From a virus, in IMG/VR virus record IMGVR_UViG_3300027977_000009: a DNA stretch of 64,000 bases; one strand, 5' to 3'. The notes under the pieces were generated by a model. That model did no database searches, was not told the DNA's origin, and saw only the letters and a list, made by a program, of their open reading frames with translations. Below are positions 1-10,773 of this stretch, one piece after another. The stretch's first letter is position 1, and every line of letters begins with the position of its first letter. The translations under genes and the position numbers were made by a program.

Positions 1-65
1 TATCTAACGTTAATACCCAACGGAGAGTTCACTCTCACTTTGTAGCCTTTGTGCTACATTATTAT

Positions 66-1130
66 TTATCGCTTGACGTATGTATCATTAAATTGTTTAT
101 TTACCCGAACAAAGGTTGTGCATTTACTTAAGTGTTTAAGTTCGGAAGCCCCGGTATACGTACACGCACTTCTTAAACCGCCTAGAATATCCTTAACAGT
201 ATCTTCTACCGGACCCTTATAAGGAATCTCTACCGTTCGTCCTTCACTACTACGATAGTCAGCAACACTGCCGTGATGCTTACGCATAGCCGAATCGGAA
301 CTCATACCATAGAACTGTACTCGATATTCGCAATCGCGAATGGGTTTACCTAGTTCACTAGAATATTCAGTTTTTACCCAGCGTTTGAATATTTTTCCGC
401 CGCCCTCGTCGTGGCCAGCAAGCATACCACCTAGCATCACGAAATCTGCACCGGCGCCGAATGCCTTAGCAACATCTCCTGGACAGGTGCAGCCTCCGTC
501 GGCAATGATATGGCCACCAAGACCGTGAGCAGCATCACTGCACTCCACAATAGCACTAAGCTGAGGATAACCAACGCCAGTTTGAATACGAGTTGTGCAA
601 ACGCTCCCTGGCCCGATGCCCACCTTAACAATATCTGCTCCACGTAAAATTAACTCCTGTGTCATGTCTGCGGTAACAACATTGCCCGCGATAATTGTGT
701 GGCTGGGGTATTCTTTTCTAATCTTAGTAACAAAGTCACCAAAGTGTTCGCTATATCCGTTAGCAACATCAATACAGATAAAATGAATATAAGGATGCTT
801 GTTTAATAGCATTTGTAAGCGTTCAAAGTCTCTGTCGCTTGTACCAGTGCTGATAGCATATCTATCAGAATTTAACCCAGGGGGAATTTCAATATTATCT
901 TTGGTTAAGCAAGTAAATATGTCTTGAGTTTGCAATGCCAAAGCCATTTCGACGGTGCCTACGCCATCCATGTTAGCAGCCATAATAGGGATACCATTCC
1001 AAACATGACCGCTATGCTTAAATGTATAGGTTCGATGCAGATGTACGTCTTTACGGCTAGCTAGTGTTGACCTTTTTGGCCGAATCAACACGTCACTAAA
1101 GTCTAGTAGAATTTCGTTTTCAATATGCAT
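66..1130 (-). CDS. guaC: GMP reductase
   Basis: IMPDH/GMPR motifs [47 protein letters not shown]; no CBS domains. Confidence 0.95.
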   Translation of the reverse strand: MHIENEILLDFSDVLIRPKRSTLASRKDVHLHRTYTFKHSGHVWNGIPIMAANMDGVGTVEMALALQTQDIFTCLTKDNIEIPPGLNSDRYAISTGTSDRDFERLQMLLNKHPYIHFICIDVANGYSEHFGDFVTKIRKEYPSHTIIAGNVVTADMTQELILRGADIVKVGIGPGSVCTTRIQTGVGYPQLSAIVECSDAAHGLGGHIIADGGCTCPGDVAKAFGAGADFVMLGGMLAGHDEGGGKIFKRWVKTEYSSELGKPIRDCEYRVQFYGMSSDSAMRKHHGSVADYRSSEGRTVEIPYKGPVEDTVKDILGGLRSACTYTGASELKHLSKCTTFVRVNKQFNDTYVKR

Positions 1131-2317
1131 TAGTACTTTGCTTCCTTAGAATACTTACGATAGTCAGTTGACATGCGTAACCACCCTTCACCTTTACCTT
1201 CGATGATATCAACGATGCGATCAACAGTACCATTAGTCCAATCACTGATCTTGCCCATGTTGACATGAGGTTTCCTGAGAAGAGGATCCAACTTATTAAC
1301 TGCATCTTCTAACGACCATGGCGTATAGAGACGTTCATGATCATTTGCGAATGTTTCAGGGAACGAGCGATACGCTGGATAAAGTACGTTACAACCTAAT
1401 GCATCTGCTTCGCTTACCGTGTTTGAGACCCAATCTTGCAATGCACAATTGAAGACTACACGACTATCGTTAAGAATCTCGTAATACTGATCCTTTTCGA
1501 GGTTTTCGTAGATAGTCAGCTTGCCGCTATCTTGCATCTTACGAGTACGGACCATGTAACTTTCATTGTTTGACTTCAGTGAACTACCACTACAAACAAC
1601 GAACTCAACATCTTTACTGGGATATCTTTCACTCCATGCTTCAATCAAATCCATATAGAAGTCTGGCTGCTTCTCCTGATCCCAGCGGGCGCTAAATACC
1701 ACTCGCATACGACGATCAGTAAAAGCCTTAATCTTTTCTACTCGTCCAATAACTTCATACTTGCCAAAAGCAAGTCCTGAGATATTGTAGATAGGAGCAG
1801 TCCAACCTGCGACCTTCATGTTCATGACCATTTCTTCACTAGTTGCGAGAATTGCACCCTTAGAGAAAGAAACGATGTCATTAACCATATGTTCGTAGTT
1901 GCTCATCCACTTGTTCATGCCCCAGACATGAACAAAGTCATCGGGGTCGATAGTCTGTGCTAGACAACGAACAAAGATGCGTGGACGTAGTTTATCAGGA
2001 ACCTGATTCAAGATATACCCAAGACTCTCAAAGCCCGGCTGAAACATATCTTCGAAGTAGATTACGTCTTCGTTAGTAATTTCACCTTTTTGCATCATCG
2101 CTACCAGATTCATCATCTGACTCATGGCAAAATAGCTGCGACCATGTGCATCTAGTACTTGTCCAACAACGATCTTTTGCCTATTATCGAGCGTTGTTCC
2201 GGGAACATACACGACCTTGAGTTTACGGTCATGAAATACCCGACTGTTCCAATCGGTCAACTGTAGCGTGTAACGAGCGGTATAGGCCTCAAGCCCCATG
2301 TAGTAAAGTTTACGCAT
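1130..2317 (-). CDS. GT-B fold glycosyltransferase (possible DNA-modifying)
   Basis: C-terminal GT-B features [40 protein letters not shown]. Confidence 0.75.
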   Translation of the reverse strand: MRKLYYMGLEAYTARYTLQLTDWNSRVFHDRKLKVVYVPGTTLDNRQKIVVGQVLDAHGRSYFAMSQMMNLVAMMQKGEITNEDVIYFEDMFQPGFESLGYILNQVPDKLRPRIFVRCLAQTIDPDDFVHVWGMNKWMSNYEHMVNDIVSFSKGAILATSEEMVMNMKVAGWTAPIYNISGLAFGKYEVIGRVEKIKAFTDRRMRVVFSARWDQEKQPDFYMDLIEAWSERYPSKDVEFVVCSGSSLKSNNESYMVRTRKMQDSGKLTIYENLEKDQYYEILNDSRVVFNCALQDWVSNTVSEADALGCNVLYPAYRSFPETFANDHERLYTPWSLEDAVNKLDPLLRKPHVNMGKISDWTNGTVDRIVDIIEGKGEGWLRMSTDYRKYSKEAKY

Positions 2318-3074
2318 TGTGTTTTCTCTCTATGTCTTCTTCGTTGCATTCTGTGCCATATTGAATCTCGATGATCTTTAATGGAACATCTGGTGATGCA
2401 TTTGATAGTTGGTGCCAACTATCTTTGGGAATATGAATAATATCAAACTGCTTGTGTACTGTTGTAACATCAGCTAGGCTTTTTAGCAGAGCTACTCCTT
2501 CTGCAACAAACCACAGTTCTGACCTATTTTTATGCCGCTGCATACTCAAACATTTGCCTGGATCGATCACAAGTTCTTTGAGTTTTACTTCGGGGTGCTG
2601 CTCGTGTAATACTCGATAGTATCCCCAGCTACGAGTTGTTTTGGGCACTTTCCATTCGTGTAGTAGCTGGCTTGAACTATTGACTTTGTTACTGCCGCCA
2701 ACACCAAATACAAATTCGATATTGTCATCATCTATATCCATTTCAGGAATATTTTCGATAGTACGGTCGCCTCCATTAGCAAAGATTAGTTTCGAATTTG
2801 GAAACATGTTTCTTGCTATTCGAATAGCATCTTTTCCGCTACCATCGGTATCATCGAATGTCCACACATAATCTACACCTAGTAAAGCTGCCATGATAGC
2901 CGATCTTTCTTGGTGTGACATGAATGGCCGATCCTTCTTACGTATCAGCCACTCATCACTGTTAATTCCCACAACGAGAATGTCACCTAATGCACGCGCT
3001 GCATTGATATAACTCAAGTGCCCGCTATGCAGTGGATCGAAGCCTCCCGTTACGATGACAACTACTTTATCCAC
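2310..3074 (-). CDS. Cytidylyltransferase-like (HxGH) nucleotidyltransferase fused to a mannose-6-P-isomerase-type cupin
   Basis: TGGFDPLHSGH, VGINSDEWL, FANGGDR; C-terminal RSWGYY, LSMQRH..RSELW, WHQL, IIEIQYG..EEDIER. Confidence 0.85.
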   Translation of the reverse strand: MDKVVVIVTGGFDPLHSGHLSYINAARALGDILVVGINSDEWLIRKKDRPFMSHQERSAIMAALLGVDYVWTFDDTDGSGKDAIRIARNMFPNSKLIFANGGDRTIENIPEMDIDDDNIEFVFGVGGSNKVNSSSQLLHEWKVPKTTRSWGYYRVLHEQHPEVKLKELVIDPGKCLSMQRHKNRSELWFVAEGVALLKSLADVTTVHKQFDIIHIPKDSWHQLSNASPDVPLKIIEIQYGTECNEEDIERKHNA

Positions 3075-3309
3075 GACGACTGGTTGTCGCCTGTTCTTTA
3101 AATCGTGCTAAATCAATCTCCCATTGATTCTTCACTGGCTTACCAGCAATAAATTTCTGATATTGCCGATAAACATAGCTCTTATTACTATATAGATCAC
3201 GCTCATCGAATCCATAACCGAAATCTCGGCAGAAAGTACGATAAGTATCAAGGTCATCAAAAACCTGACGAACACGGACGGCATTAGACTTAATTGGGCT
3301 CTTAGACAT
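3067..3309 (-). CDS. hypothetical protein
   Basis: ORF with SD, overlaps next gene. Confidence 0.7.
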   Translation of the reverse strand: MSKSPIKSNAVRVRQVFDDLDTYRTFCRDFGYGFDERDLYSNKSYVYRQYQKFIAGKPVKNQWEIDLARFKEQATTSRRG

Positions 3310-3320
3310 TTTATATTCCT

Positions 3321-3797
3321 TTAGATGGGGATTGATTGAGAAGGACGAGTTGCATTATAGTAGATAGTGGCACCGTTCTCACCGTCTTCTGAAACAGTAA
3401 TCTCAATGTCACGTTTTGGATAGCGAGTCGCAATCATATCATAGAGTTCATCGCTAACCATTTCACACGAACGATAGTCTAGTTGCATCAGTCCATCATT
3501 GAAACTCTTTTCGAGCCAACGCTTGAACTGAATAAACTCTATATCTCGGTCGTTATGAAATACTTGTATTCCCACTGTAAAGTGGAAAATATGTCTGTGC
3601 GGGAAACCTAGAAAACTGACATCATATTCGTCTCCCGTTGCCAGACTCGGATCAGTGTCTGCTCCCGGATACTTGTGGATACCTTCTCGCTGAAAAGTTA
3701 CCCAGATCATGCGCTTTGCATGTTCCCTGATACGAACACGCTTTTCAGCCTGTGCTTGTTCTCTAACAGAGAGTATAGTTGTTACAGTATTTTCCAT
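3321..3797 (-). CDS. QueD/6-pyruvoyl-tetrahydropterin synthase-like T-fold protein
   Basis: Putative Zn-binding H..HRH pattern, DIEF..K, SCE, VSEDGENGA; next to a TGT-like gene. Confidence 0.65.
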   Translation of the reverse strand: MENTVTTILSVREQAQAEKRVRIREHAKRMIWVTFQREGIHKYPGADTDPSLATGDEYDVSFLGFPHRHIFHFTVGIQVFHNDRDIEFIQFKRWLEKSFNDGLMQLDYRSCEMVSDELYDMIATRYPKRDIEITVSEDGENGATIYYNATRPSQSIPI

Positions 3798-3861
3798 TAG
3801 TAATATCTCACTACCATATTTTTAATATAACACGGAGTCGTGTCGATTGCAAGTGTTTTAT

Positions 3862-5448
3862 TCAATCTAGTACTTCCAAAATCGCATCGTCGCTATCTTC
3901 AACGACTTCTTCGATCTCTGGTTCCTCTTCTATAGTGAACAATTGACTGAACATCGTTTGTGCGTTGACGGTTTTCTTACCTGAGAAACCTTGACCAGCT
4001 TTAATCTGCTGCCAAAATGTATCATAATTGTCGATCATGTCAAGACTTTTTTGACGATCCTTCAGAGAAAAAATCTCATCAACAATGTCAGCAAATTTAA
4101 GGTGTCCGAGAGGATCCATAACCATCTTAGGTTTGACCCCAGTTTCATACCTGCGATTAGCTTCTTGAACAGCACTCATATGCTGGTAAACGTTGTGAGC
4201 CTGAATCAATGTATAACTCAATGTATCCCAACTAGTCTTGGTCTCTTTGCCATGCTGACCCAAGAATCCTTGTCCGCGATAGCAAATGTCTTTCACAGTT
4301 AATAGATCAGTTACCGGACTGTCAGTAAACAACATATGAATACCATCAGCTAATACACCGTCACTGAACTTGCGAGTATCTGTTGCATACTTCTTGTTTT
4401 CAGCAGTCTTCTCCATTGCATACGCCCATTTCTTATCATGCTCAAACGTATTGTTGTTGTAAGCAAGACCCTTAGCAGCCGCAAAGAACGGACTAGCACA
4501 GTCAAAGGTGATCTGTAGTTTAGGATTGTGATACTTACGTATTGCTTTCTGGATATCAGTAAACAATACCGCATATTCCATAATCGAAGTTCCAAGACAG
4601 TGAACTAAGTCCTGCTTACCTTCTTCAAGATAACCATCATGAATGATGCCAACAAGACGCTTGAGCATCAGGTGGATATCGATCTTGTTTTGGCCGCCGA
4701 ATGCCCAACCATTGAATGCACGATCTCCGTACACTGTTGTATCGCAGTACTTCTTCATCTCTTCATACCAAACGTCTGACTGAGTATGATTGCGACCCTG
4801 TAGAACGTTTAGAAACTTGCAACGACCGTCACGATTAGCAACAAAATACTCATTGTTGATATGGGTAGCGGTGATAGCATCTTGAATAGTTGCAATGCCA
4901 TGCATAGATATACCCGTACCCGGTATAGGCTTTTTAGTTACCGGGTCTTTTTTCTGAGTTTTTGGATCTTCAATGTGATAAGTCGTAAGAGACTGTGATG
5001 GAATATCAAGACACATGCCATAGTCAGCATTGTCGTCCATCCACTTAAGAACTTCTGTGCGCTTCTTCATCGCACGGGGACAGCTAGGGTTCTTCCAGTC
5101 AGCGGGCCACTGACACTTTAATATTTGAAACCCTCCCGAGTCTGCTAACATAAATGTGTTATTACGGTCTCTATTAACAACTAGATGTTCGTTGGGATTA
5201 GTTTTATAATTTACTAAATCAGCATGTCCTGCGCTGTATAGTACCCATTTATAACTAAAAATGCCATTTTTTTCGTCAAGAAAGTTTAGTCTATTAGTGT
5301 TTTTTAATCCACTCGGGACTCTTTCTGTTGGAAAATAGTTACCTTCTACTTCTTGTTTACCCAATCCGGATATAAAGAAACTACTCAGTGCAGGTAAGAA
5401 TAGGGCCCATTCTGGATCATGTGACGCCGAGAGATTAATTTGTTCCAA
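3862..5448 (-). CDS. tRNA-guanine transglycosylase-like protein, probable DpdA (DNA 7-deazaguanine inserting enzyme)
   Basis: TGT motifs in order: ADSGGFQ, CLDIP, NVLQG, GWAFGG, HCLG, TFDCASP; no CxCxxC Zn site. Confidence 0.75.
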   Translation of the reverse strand: MEQINLSASHDPEWALFLPALSSFFISGLGKQEVEGNYFPTERVPSGLKNTNRLNFLDEKNGIFSYKWVLYSAGHADLVNYKTNPNEHLVVNRDRNNTFMLADSGGFQILKCQWPADWKNPSCPRAMKKRTEVLKWMDDNADYGMCLDIPSQSLTTYHIEDPKTQKKDPVTKKPIPGTGISMHGIATIQDAITATHINNEYFVANRDGRCKFLNVLQGRNHTQSDVWYEEMKKYCDTTVYGDRAFNGWAFGGQNKIDIHLMLKRLVGIIHDGYLEEGKQDLVHCLGTSIMEYAVLFTDIQKAIRKYHNPKLQITFDCASPFFAAAKGLAYNNNTFEHDKKWAYAMEKTAENKKYATDTRKFSDGVLADGIHMLFTDSPVTDLLTVKDICYRGQGFLGQHGKETKTSWDTLSYTLIQAHNVYQHMSAVQEANRRYETGVKPKMVMDPLGHLKFADIVDEIFSLKDRQKSLDMIDNYDTFWQQIKAGQGFSGKKTVNAQTMFSQLFTIEEEPEIEEVVEDSDDAILEVLD

Positions 5449-5812
5449 ATTTCGGCTCTTCTCTAACTAAGATTTGTACCATCTTGATCTTGTCATCAAG
5501 ATTTTTTTTCTGTTCGATTAAGCCAGCGATAGTAGGATTGTGTTTTGCTAATCTATCAAGTTCAGTTTCTTCATGCATCTTTTTCTTAGCCCAATCAAGG
5601 ATATTCGCCGCTTCAGGAGTTAGACTCACACTAGTATGCCCTTGCACAATCGATATCCAAGATATACCATCGTATACTTCAAACCATTGAAAGTTAGTAT
5701 TCCATCGCACATTCCCCGCGCCCAAAGCACTCGACGAGTGAGTGAAGTAAGTTCCTCCCGGAGACCCCCCCTCGACCGTTATATATCTATTACCAACGAC
5801 GGTCTTGATCAT
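5435..5812 (-). CDS. hypothetical protein with C-terminal coiled coil
   Basis: ORF coupled to flanking genes. Confidence 0.65.
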   Translation of the reverse strand: MIKTVVGNRYITVEGGSPGGTYFTHSSSALGAGNVRWNTNFQWFEVYDGISWISIVQGHTSVSLTPEAANILDWAKKKMHEETELDRLAKHNPTIAGLIEQKKNLDDKIKMVQILVREEPKFGTN

Positions 5813-6543
5813 TACTTAGCCTGTGCGGGAAGATAATAGTGATACTTAGAGATTGGGTTATCAACCACAATCTGAGCAACACCCTGATCAGAAAAACTGA
5901 CGGTCTTGTCACCGGGAAGATCCATAATGGCAAGAAACACCTTCACGGGCCAATTCCAAGGCCGTGCAAGACTTCCAGAGACACCCGACTGAAATACAAA
6001 ATTGCCAGAGTGTGAAGACGGATCACCAAAGTACACAACTAAATTGTTGTTTTCTGTCTTAGTTTTGAAATGAAGGTCTTCACTGTGAACTGACGACTGC
6101 TTCTTAAGACGCTGGACACCAGCTATACTAGGATCGAACGAAACGTCCCAGCCTGCGCCATTGAATGTTACTTTCTTGATCTTGTCTTCGACCAATGTCT
6201 TTGACATCAGCCGATAGTCATTAACGAAATCACCCGTTTTCGTTTCGAAGTGAATACTTGCAGGAGCTTGTGGATCTTCCTTAGTTCCTCGCCCCACGTT
6301 GATAGTAGAAGTGTCGTCGTAGTCATCGAACGACAAGATAGTCCTCAACTTCGACAAATTAGGCATGCCGAAGGTACCAATAAATTCTGCGATCGGGGCC
6401 TTAAACGTGCCGTTAACAATAACAGTCTTGTCGTCTGATACCGCAGAAACTAATGTTTCTGTATCAGTACCGACAATCTTTACGAGATCAACAACACCCA
6501 GACCATGAGTGTGTTGGATCAAATCAAGCAGATAATCCTTCAT
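5812..6543 (-). CDS. DNA polymerase sliding clamp (gp45-like)
   Basis: 243 aa from MKDYLL (AAGGA SD); clamp-like size and pattern, C-terminal YYLPAQ; next to polB; clamp loader present in window. Confidence 0.65.
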   Translation of the reverse strand: MKDYLLDLIQHTHGLGVVDLVKIVGTDTETLVSAVSDDKTVIVNGTFKAPIAEFIGTFGMPNLSKLRTILSFDDYDDTSTINVGRGTKEDPQAPASIHFETKTGDFVNDYRLMSKTLVEDKIKKVTFNGAGWDVSFDPSIAGVQRLKKQSSVHSEDLHFKTKTENNNLVVYFGDPSSHSGNFVFQSGVSGSLARPWNWPVKVFLAIMDLPGDKTVSFSDQGVAQIVVDNPISKYHYYLPAQAK

Positions 6544-6619
6544 TTCTTTTTCCTTTGTAGTATTTAGGTATCTATAATGTGTATAATATCGGAAGTTATT
6601 ACGATTGTCAAGGATGTTG

Positions 6620-7603
6620 TTAACCGAAACTGAACAGATCACTGAATGTACTGTTAGTGTTAGTATCTGTTCTGATATCCCAGTCAAGTACACCTAATAG
6701 GTTATCGATTTTCTCATCGACTAGCTTACGTTCCATTTCATTATCATCAAAAGGAAGTTCAAGGAACCATTGTGGTAGCCTAAGCTCATCAGTTGGATAT
6801 GCAATCGAAGTCAACCCTAATGGATTTGATTTGAGAGTACACACAACAACCTTCATACCATCTACGATCTTCTGACTATACTGGTCACCGTTCATCTTAC
6901 GCAAGTAGTTATAATTGATAGCAGCTTTCGCATGTCCAACACTACACTGACCGGTCTTCTCATACTTGATCGTATGTTTAGTAAGATTGTTAACTGACTT
7001 AGGAGAACCTTTAGTCCAACTATCTTGTTCAGAAAGCCAAGTCTTGAATTCTCTGATCTTAGTGATAACTTCGGCGCGAGGAACGCCACCCAATACCTGC
7101 TCAAGTACTTCCATCAAGAACGTCTGAACATACTTAGGAGTATCTGCTCGTTTCAAGTCAAGACCCATAGCCTTGATCTCACCCATCTTACCATTCACAT
7201 CTTTACGCTTGCCTTCTTTATCAAAGATATTGATTGCATAACGCTTCTTTGTGATGAATAGAGTACGATCCCCGATCAGTTCACGACCAGCTTTGATGAT
7301 CTCACCGTTCTTGCGGGGACAATGAAATGCCTTCTCCATGAAGCCTGGAAAACTATCGTTTGCGATATCAGCAATATTATCGTATAATTGGATGCATACT
7401 TCCTTGTTCCATTCAATCTCACCCTTATCGATCTGTGGTTTGATCGCGTGATATGCACTGAAATAACAGCTATCAGTGTTATGAACTAGGATATCATTTG
7501 CAAAGAAAAACGGATCACTATCTACAATACTCAAGTCGTATACATAGTCATCAACTTCACCAAGACATTCTACCTTTTTTATTTTTGTCCACTCTGCATC
7601 CAT
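6620..7603 (-). CDS. polB: DNA polymerase B C-terminal half preceded by 42-aa C-intein (7478-7603)
   Basis: VYDLSI...FFANDILVHN|TDSCYF, then KKRYA, KAMGLDLKRADTP. Confidence 0.93.
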   Translation of the reverse strand: MDAEWTKIKKVECLGEVDDYVYDLSIVDSDPFFFANDILVHNTDSCYFSAYHAIKPQIDKGEIEWNKEVCIQLYDNIADIANDSFPGFMEKAFHCPRKNGEIIKAGRELIGDRTLFITKKRYAINIFDKEGKRKDVNGKMGEIKAMGLDLKRADTPKYVQTFLMEVLEQVLGGVPRAEVITKIREFKTWLSEQDSWTKGSPKSVNNLTKHTIKYEKTGQCSVGHAKAAINYNYLRKMNGDQYSQKIVDGMKVVVCTLKSNPLGLTSIAYPTDELRLPQWFLELPFDDNEMERKLVDEKIDNLLGVLDWDIRTDTNTNSTFSDLFSFG

Positions 7604-8541
7604 GCTTTCACCTTATTAATTGTATTTTGTTTATCTAATTTAAATTCAGATTCCCACACCGTATACGTGCGAAACCCAAGATCAGTTGCTGTCTTCAATT
7701 TTTTACTATCATATTCTTGAATCTCTAATGCAGTACGACCCCGAATAACTGCATCATTTTTATATAAAGACGGATTCGCATGCCAGTAATCACCGTTAAA
7801 TTCAATTATACAGTCTTTGTGTTTTATATCGTATATCACATATGTTCCTAAGAAAGAAGACCATCTTCCGTAGGGTCTAGTAAACGTAGTATACTCTAAT
7901 GATCCATAATTGTCAATCAGCATGGTCGTAAATTCTTTTTCTATGTTGGAACCCCAAATATTACCGGGATATACTACCCGGTTTAAAATTAGTGTGACCG
8001 CTTCATCAAGGGATATTCCCAATTTAGTTGCTACTAATTGCGGATTAAATGAGCTACCTTTTTCGATATTTAACTGTAGAAATCTAGACGTACCCTCTTC
8101 AGTTCCATACTTGTTAACGAAATAGGTTTTACTATTGGTGTATGCTTGTCGTTCACAATACGCTAGCCACTTAGTAGTACCTAACTTTTCCCCATGACGG
8201 GCAATCATTTTTTCTAAGGTCTGTGCCCTAGACGAATTATACTCATTATACTGTTCAACTGTCCATCCGTGTTTTTTACGTTTGTACTCAAATGAATTAG
8301 AATCCGCTTGTTTAACTTTGTATTGGTTCCATCGAATCGTACCCTCTTCTATCCCATACTTTTCAATCAATCTCTCTTTTGTAATAGCCGTTTTTGCGGC
8401 AACATCCGCTGATACTAACACGGCTTGAGGATATGCCAACTTGTATTCTTTGGAATTAGAAAATTTACCTGTGCAGTTATACTTAAAATGAGTCCACTGT
8501 AGTCTACTAGTTTCCATTCCACATTCTAAACACTTTATCAT
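7579..8541 (-). mobile_element. Free-standing Vsr-like/DUF559 homing endonuclease between polB halves
   Basis: N-terminal CxxC..H..C finger, three KYGxEEG-type repeats, C-terminal YD..IIEFNGDYWHANP..VWESE. Confidence 0.8.
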
Positions 8542-8571
8542 ATGCTGATACTCCTATCAGCATATATTTAT
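8539..8571 (-). promoter_or_regulatory. Late promoter TAAATA overlapping an 11-bp hairpin that encloses SD and ATG of the endonuclease
   Basis: ATATGCTGATA-GGAG-TATCAGCATAT perfect stem (8540-8565); TAAATA at 8565-8570. Confidence 0.85.
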
Positions 8572-8574
8572 GCG

Positions 8575-10773
8575 TTATGGCACAAAAGTAATAATTCCAT
8601 CAGTTTCAAGAATTTCATTAGGTTTACATTCTACTAAGAATCCATCCCGATCGACCATTATACTATGATCTTCAGTGACAGTTACCTGTTTCCCGTTCTC
8701 TGTTGTGATTTTATAAAGTTTTTTCCTAGTTTTATGTCGCATAACGTAACTAATTTTTGCCCCAGTAGGTTGCATATCATGTGAATTAAATCCAAGCACA
8801 GTGGAATCATTCCATACTCCATACTCTTTTTCACCCACAACTGAATGCTCAATGCACTCATCAAAAAGTTGCGCTATTGTTTTATCACCATCGGTTGTTC
8901 TAATAATAGAATCACCAGTAACACTGTCACCGTATACGATTGCATCACCGTCATGTTGATATTTTTCGGTGATAGTCTCGTTGATCTGACTCATCATGTG
9001 CTTTACGATCTGTCTACCGGACAACGTAACTGACTGCCCGATACGCTTATCATAGAACCTACAATGCTCATTGAGAAGCGCGCCGTATGCAGAGTTAAGC
9101 AAAATCTTACGAACAAGCTGTCGCTTGTCATAATATTCGTACATATCAGTGCCATACGCTTCTTTAGCTTGCTTCTGAAGTATTTTACGTTCAGAATACC
9201 AACGTGAGAGCAATCCGGGAATAATGCCTTCTTTCTCATAGGTAAAGATGGTCCCGTTCGCCGATAGCATATAAGGCTTGTGACTATCAAAAATCATCTT
9301 CCAAATTTCAGCAGCAGACATCTCTTTTGATCGACCATCTTCATAATCGATGGTGAGCATAGTGCCGCGTTCTTGGTTCATGATAGCGGTATATTCTAAT
9401 GAACCGAATAGGTTTTCCCAAAGAATAGCACCAATCACAGCTTCTGCATCGTCGCCGTTCTTTTTCTTACGCTTTTCTTTAGCAAGAGCAATACTCTTTT
9501 CATGCATATACTGATCAGTAAGTGTTTGACGAACCTGCCCGATAATAGTTTCTGGAGCCATGTTAAGGGCTCTGATGGCAGAGGGGTAGAGTGAGTTGAT
9601 ATCAACTGCGCCGACGTATTCGTGAATCCCCGTCTTCGGTACAGCAACATATGCACCTGCTGCTTGTTGTCCGTCACTAAACGAATCCCTACGCTTCTTG
9701 TCAGGGACGATAAATCCTCGTTCATGTGCTTCATTATAAACTGCCATTTCAATCATGGCCACCGAACCCATAACAGTTGGTAGCAGTACTGTGTTTTCAT
9801 GCGCTAGTGCATTCGCAAGATCAAGAAATTTGAGTTTGTTGTGGATCTTGAATACAAGCATAGTGTCTTGCCTGTTGTATTCTACGAAAGTTTTGAAGTC
9901 TCGGTTGTACAATTGATCCAGTGTGCCCTCATACTGAGTCTTGCGCTCGCCTAGTTCATATTCACCGATAGCATCGAGTGAATAACTATGTCGTGACTCG
10001 TAGTTATACTTCTTATACAATTGAAGATAGTCCATATGAATTCTACCAACTAGATCATAGGTCTGTTCTTCTTTACCGAATCTCTCGTATGTGCGAGTCT
10101 TTGGTAGTTGTCCCATGAGGCAGAACTTGCGAGTATCATCTTTAGACATCACACGAGTAATACGATTTACCATATATGGAATGTCGTATCCTTCTGAGTT
10201 CCAACCAGTCAATACATCTGCATCTTCGATCAGATCAAAAAATGTCTCGAACATTTCTATCTCACTGCGATATAGGAAAGTGTTCGGGAAATCTTTGATC
10301 AGTTCTTGGGCAGTCTCATCCGTCATGTGTTTCGGTGGAATAACTAACGTAACAAGCTGATCCAACCAATCTAGATAACAACTGATCGCTGTTACTGGAT
10401 TGAATGGATCTGAAGTTGGACTGAAACCCTTTTCAGGATCAAAGTCCACTTCAATATCGAAGAAACAAGTGTGAAGCTTTGGAGGTTCTGCTCTTAGGTA
10501 GTTTTCAGACAAACATCTGAAAATTACGTTGACATCACTTTCGAAAAGCTTTTTATTAGAATGAATCCTGCGCTCTTTTTCGAACTCACTGCGTTTACGG
10601 CTAGAGAAGCGAGTTACAGGATCACCGTAGATAGAGCGATGCTTCCCTTTAGGATCCTGGTAATAAAGAACATAATTGGTATGATATTCTTTATACGCTC
10701 GTTTCCCGTCGGCGCCCCGCTCAACTACACGAATGCGGTCAGAATTGCTATCTAATATCGCATCAATATACAT
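8575..10773 (-). CDS. polB: DNA polymerase B N-terminal half (exonuclease + palm) ending in 116-aa N-intein (8575-8925)
   Basis: FFDIEV, GWNSEGYDIPY, YNRQD, DINSLYPS, KILLNSAYG, IVYGD|SVTGDS...VTEDHS intein block B. Confidence 0.95.
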   Translation of the reverse strand: MYIDAILDSNSDRIRVVERGADGKRAYKEYHTNYVLYYQDPKGKHRSIYGDPVTRFSSRKRSEFEKERRIHSNKKLFESDVNVIFRCLSENYLRAEPPKLHTCFFDIEVDFDPEKGFSPTSDPFNPVTAISCYLDWLDQLVTLVIPPKHMTDETAQELIKDFPNTFLYRSEIEMFETFFDLIEDADVLTGWNSEGYDIPYMVNRITRVMSKDDTRKFCLMGQLPKTRTYERFGKEEQTYDLVGRIHMDYLQLYKKYNYESRHSYSLDAIGEYELGERKTQYEGTLDQLYNRDFKTFVEYNRQDTMLVFKIHNKLKFLDLANALAHENTVLLPTVMGSVAMIEMAVYNEAHERGFIVPDKKRRDSFSDGQQAAGAYVAVPKTGIHEYVGAVDINSLYPSAIRALNMAPETIIGQVRQTLTDQYMHEKSIALAKEKRKKKNGDDAEAVIGAILWENLFGSLEYTAIMNQERGTMLTIDYEDGRSKEMSAAEIWKMIFDSHKPYMLSANGTIFTYEKEGIIPGLLSRWYSERKILQKQAKEAYGTDMYEYYDKRQLVRKILLNSAYGALLNEHCRFYDKRIGQSVTLSGRQIVKHMMSQINETITEKYQHDGDAIVYGDSVTGDSIIRTTDGDKTIAQLFDECIEHSVVGEKEYGVWNDSTVLGFNSHDMQPTGAKISYVMRHKTRKKLYKITTENGKQVTVTEDHSIMVDRDGFLVECKPNEILETDGIITFVP

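Noticed and set aside
23-58. Short GAGAG..CTCTC hairpins (also 36269-36290 and 37114-37142) as a repeat family
   Set aside because: Too short and variable to distinguish from ordinary hairpins; the first is cut by the window edge
5812-6693. ORF-track N-terminal extensions (also 11105, 11860, 21272, 28831, 40387, 46322, 50027)
   Set aside because: Downstream ATGs have better SD/promoter context and avoid long overlaps
6620-10773. polB as pseudogene or group I intron-interrupted gene
   Set aside because: Both halves carry intact complementary intein blocks, and there is almost no non-coding space for a ribozyme core
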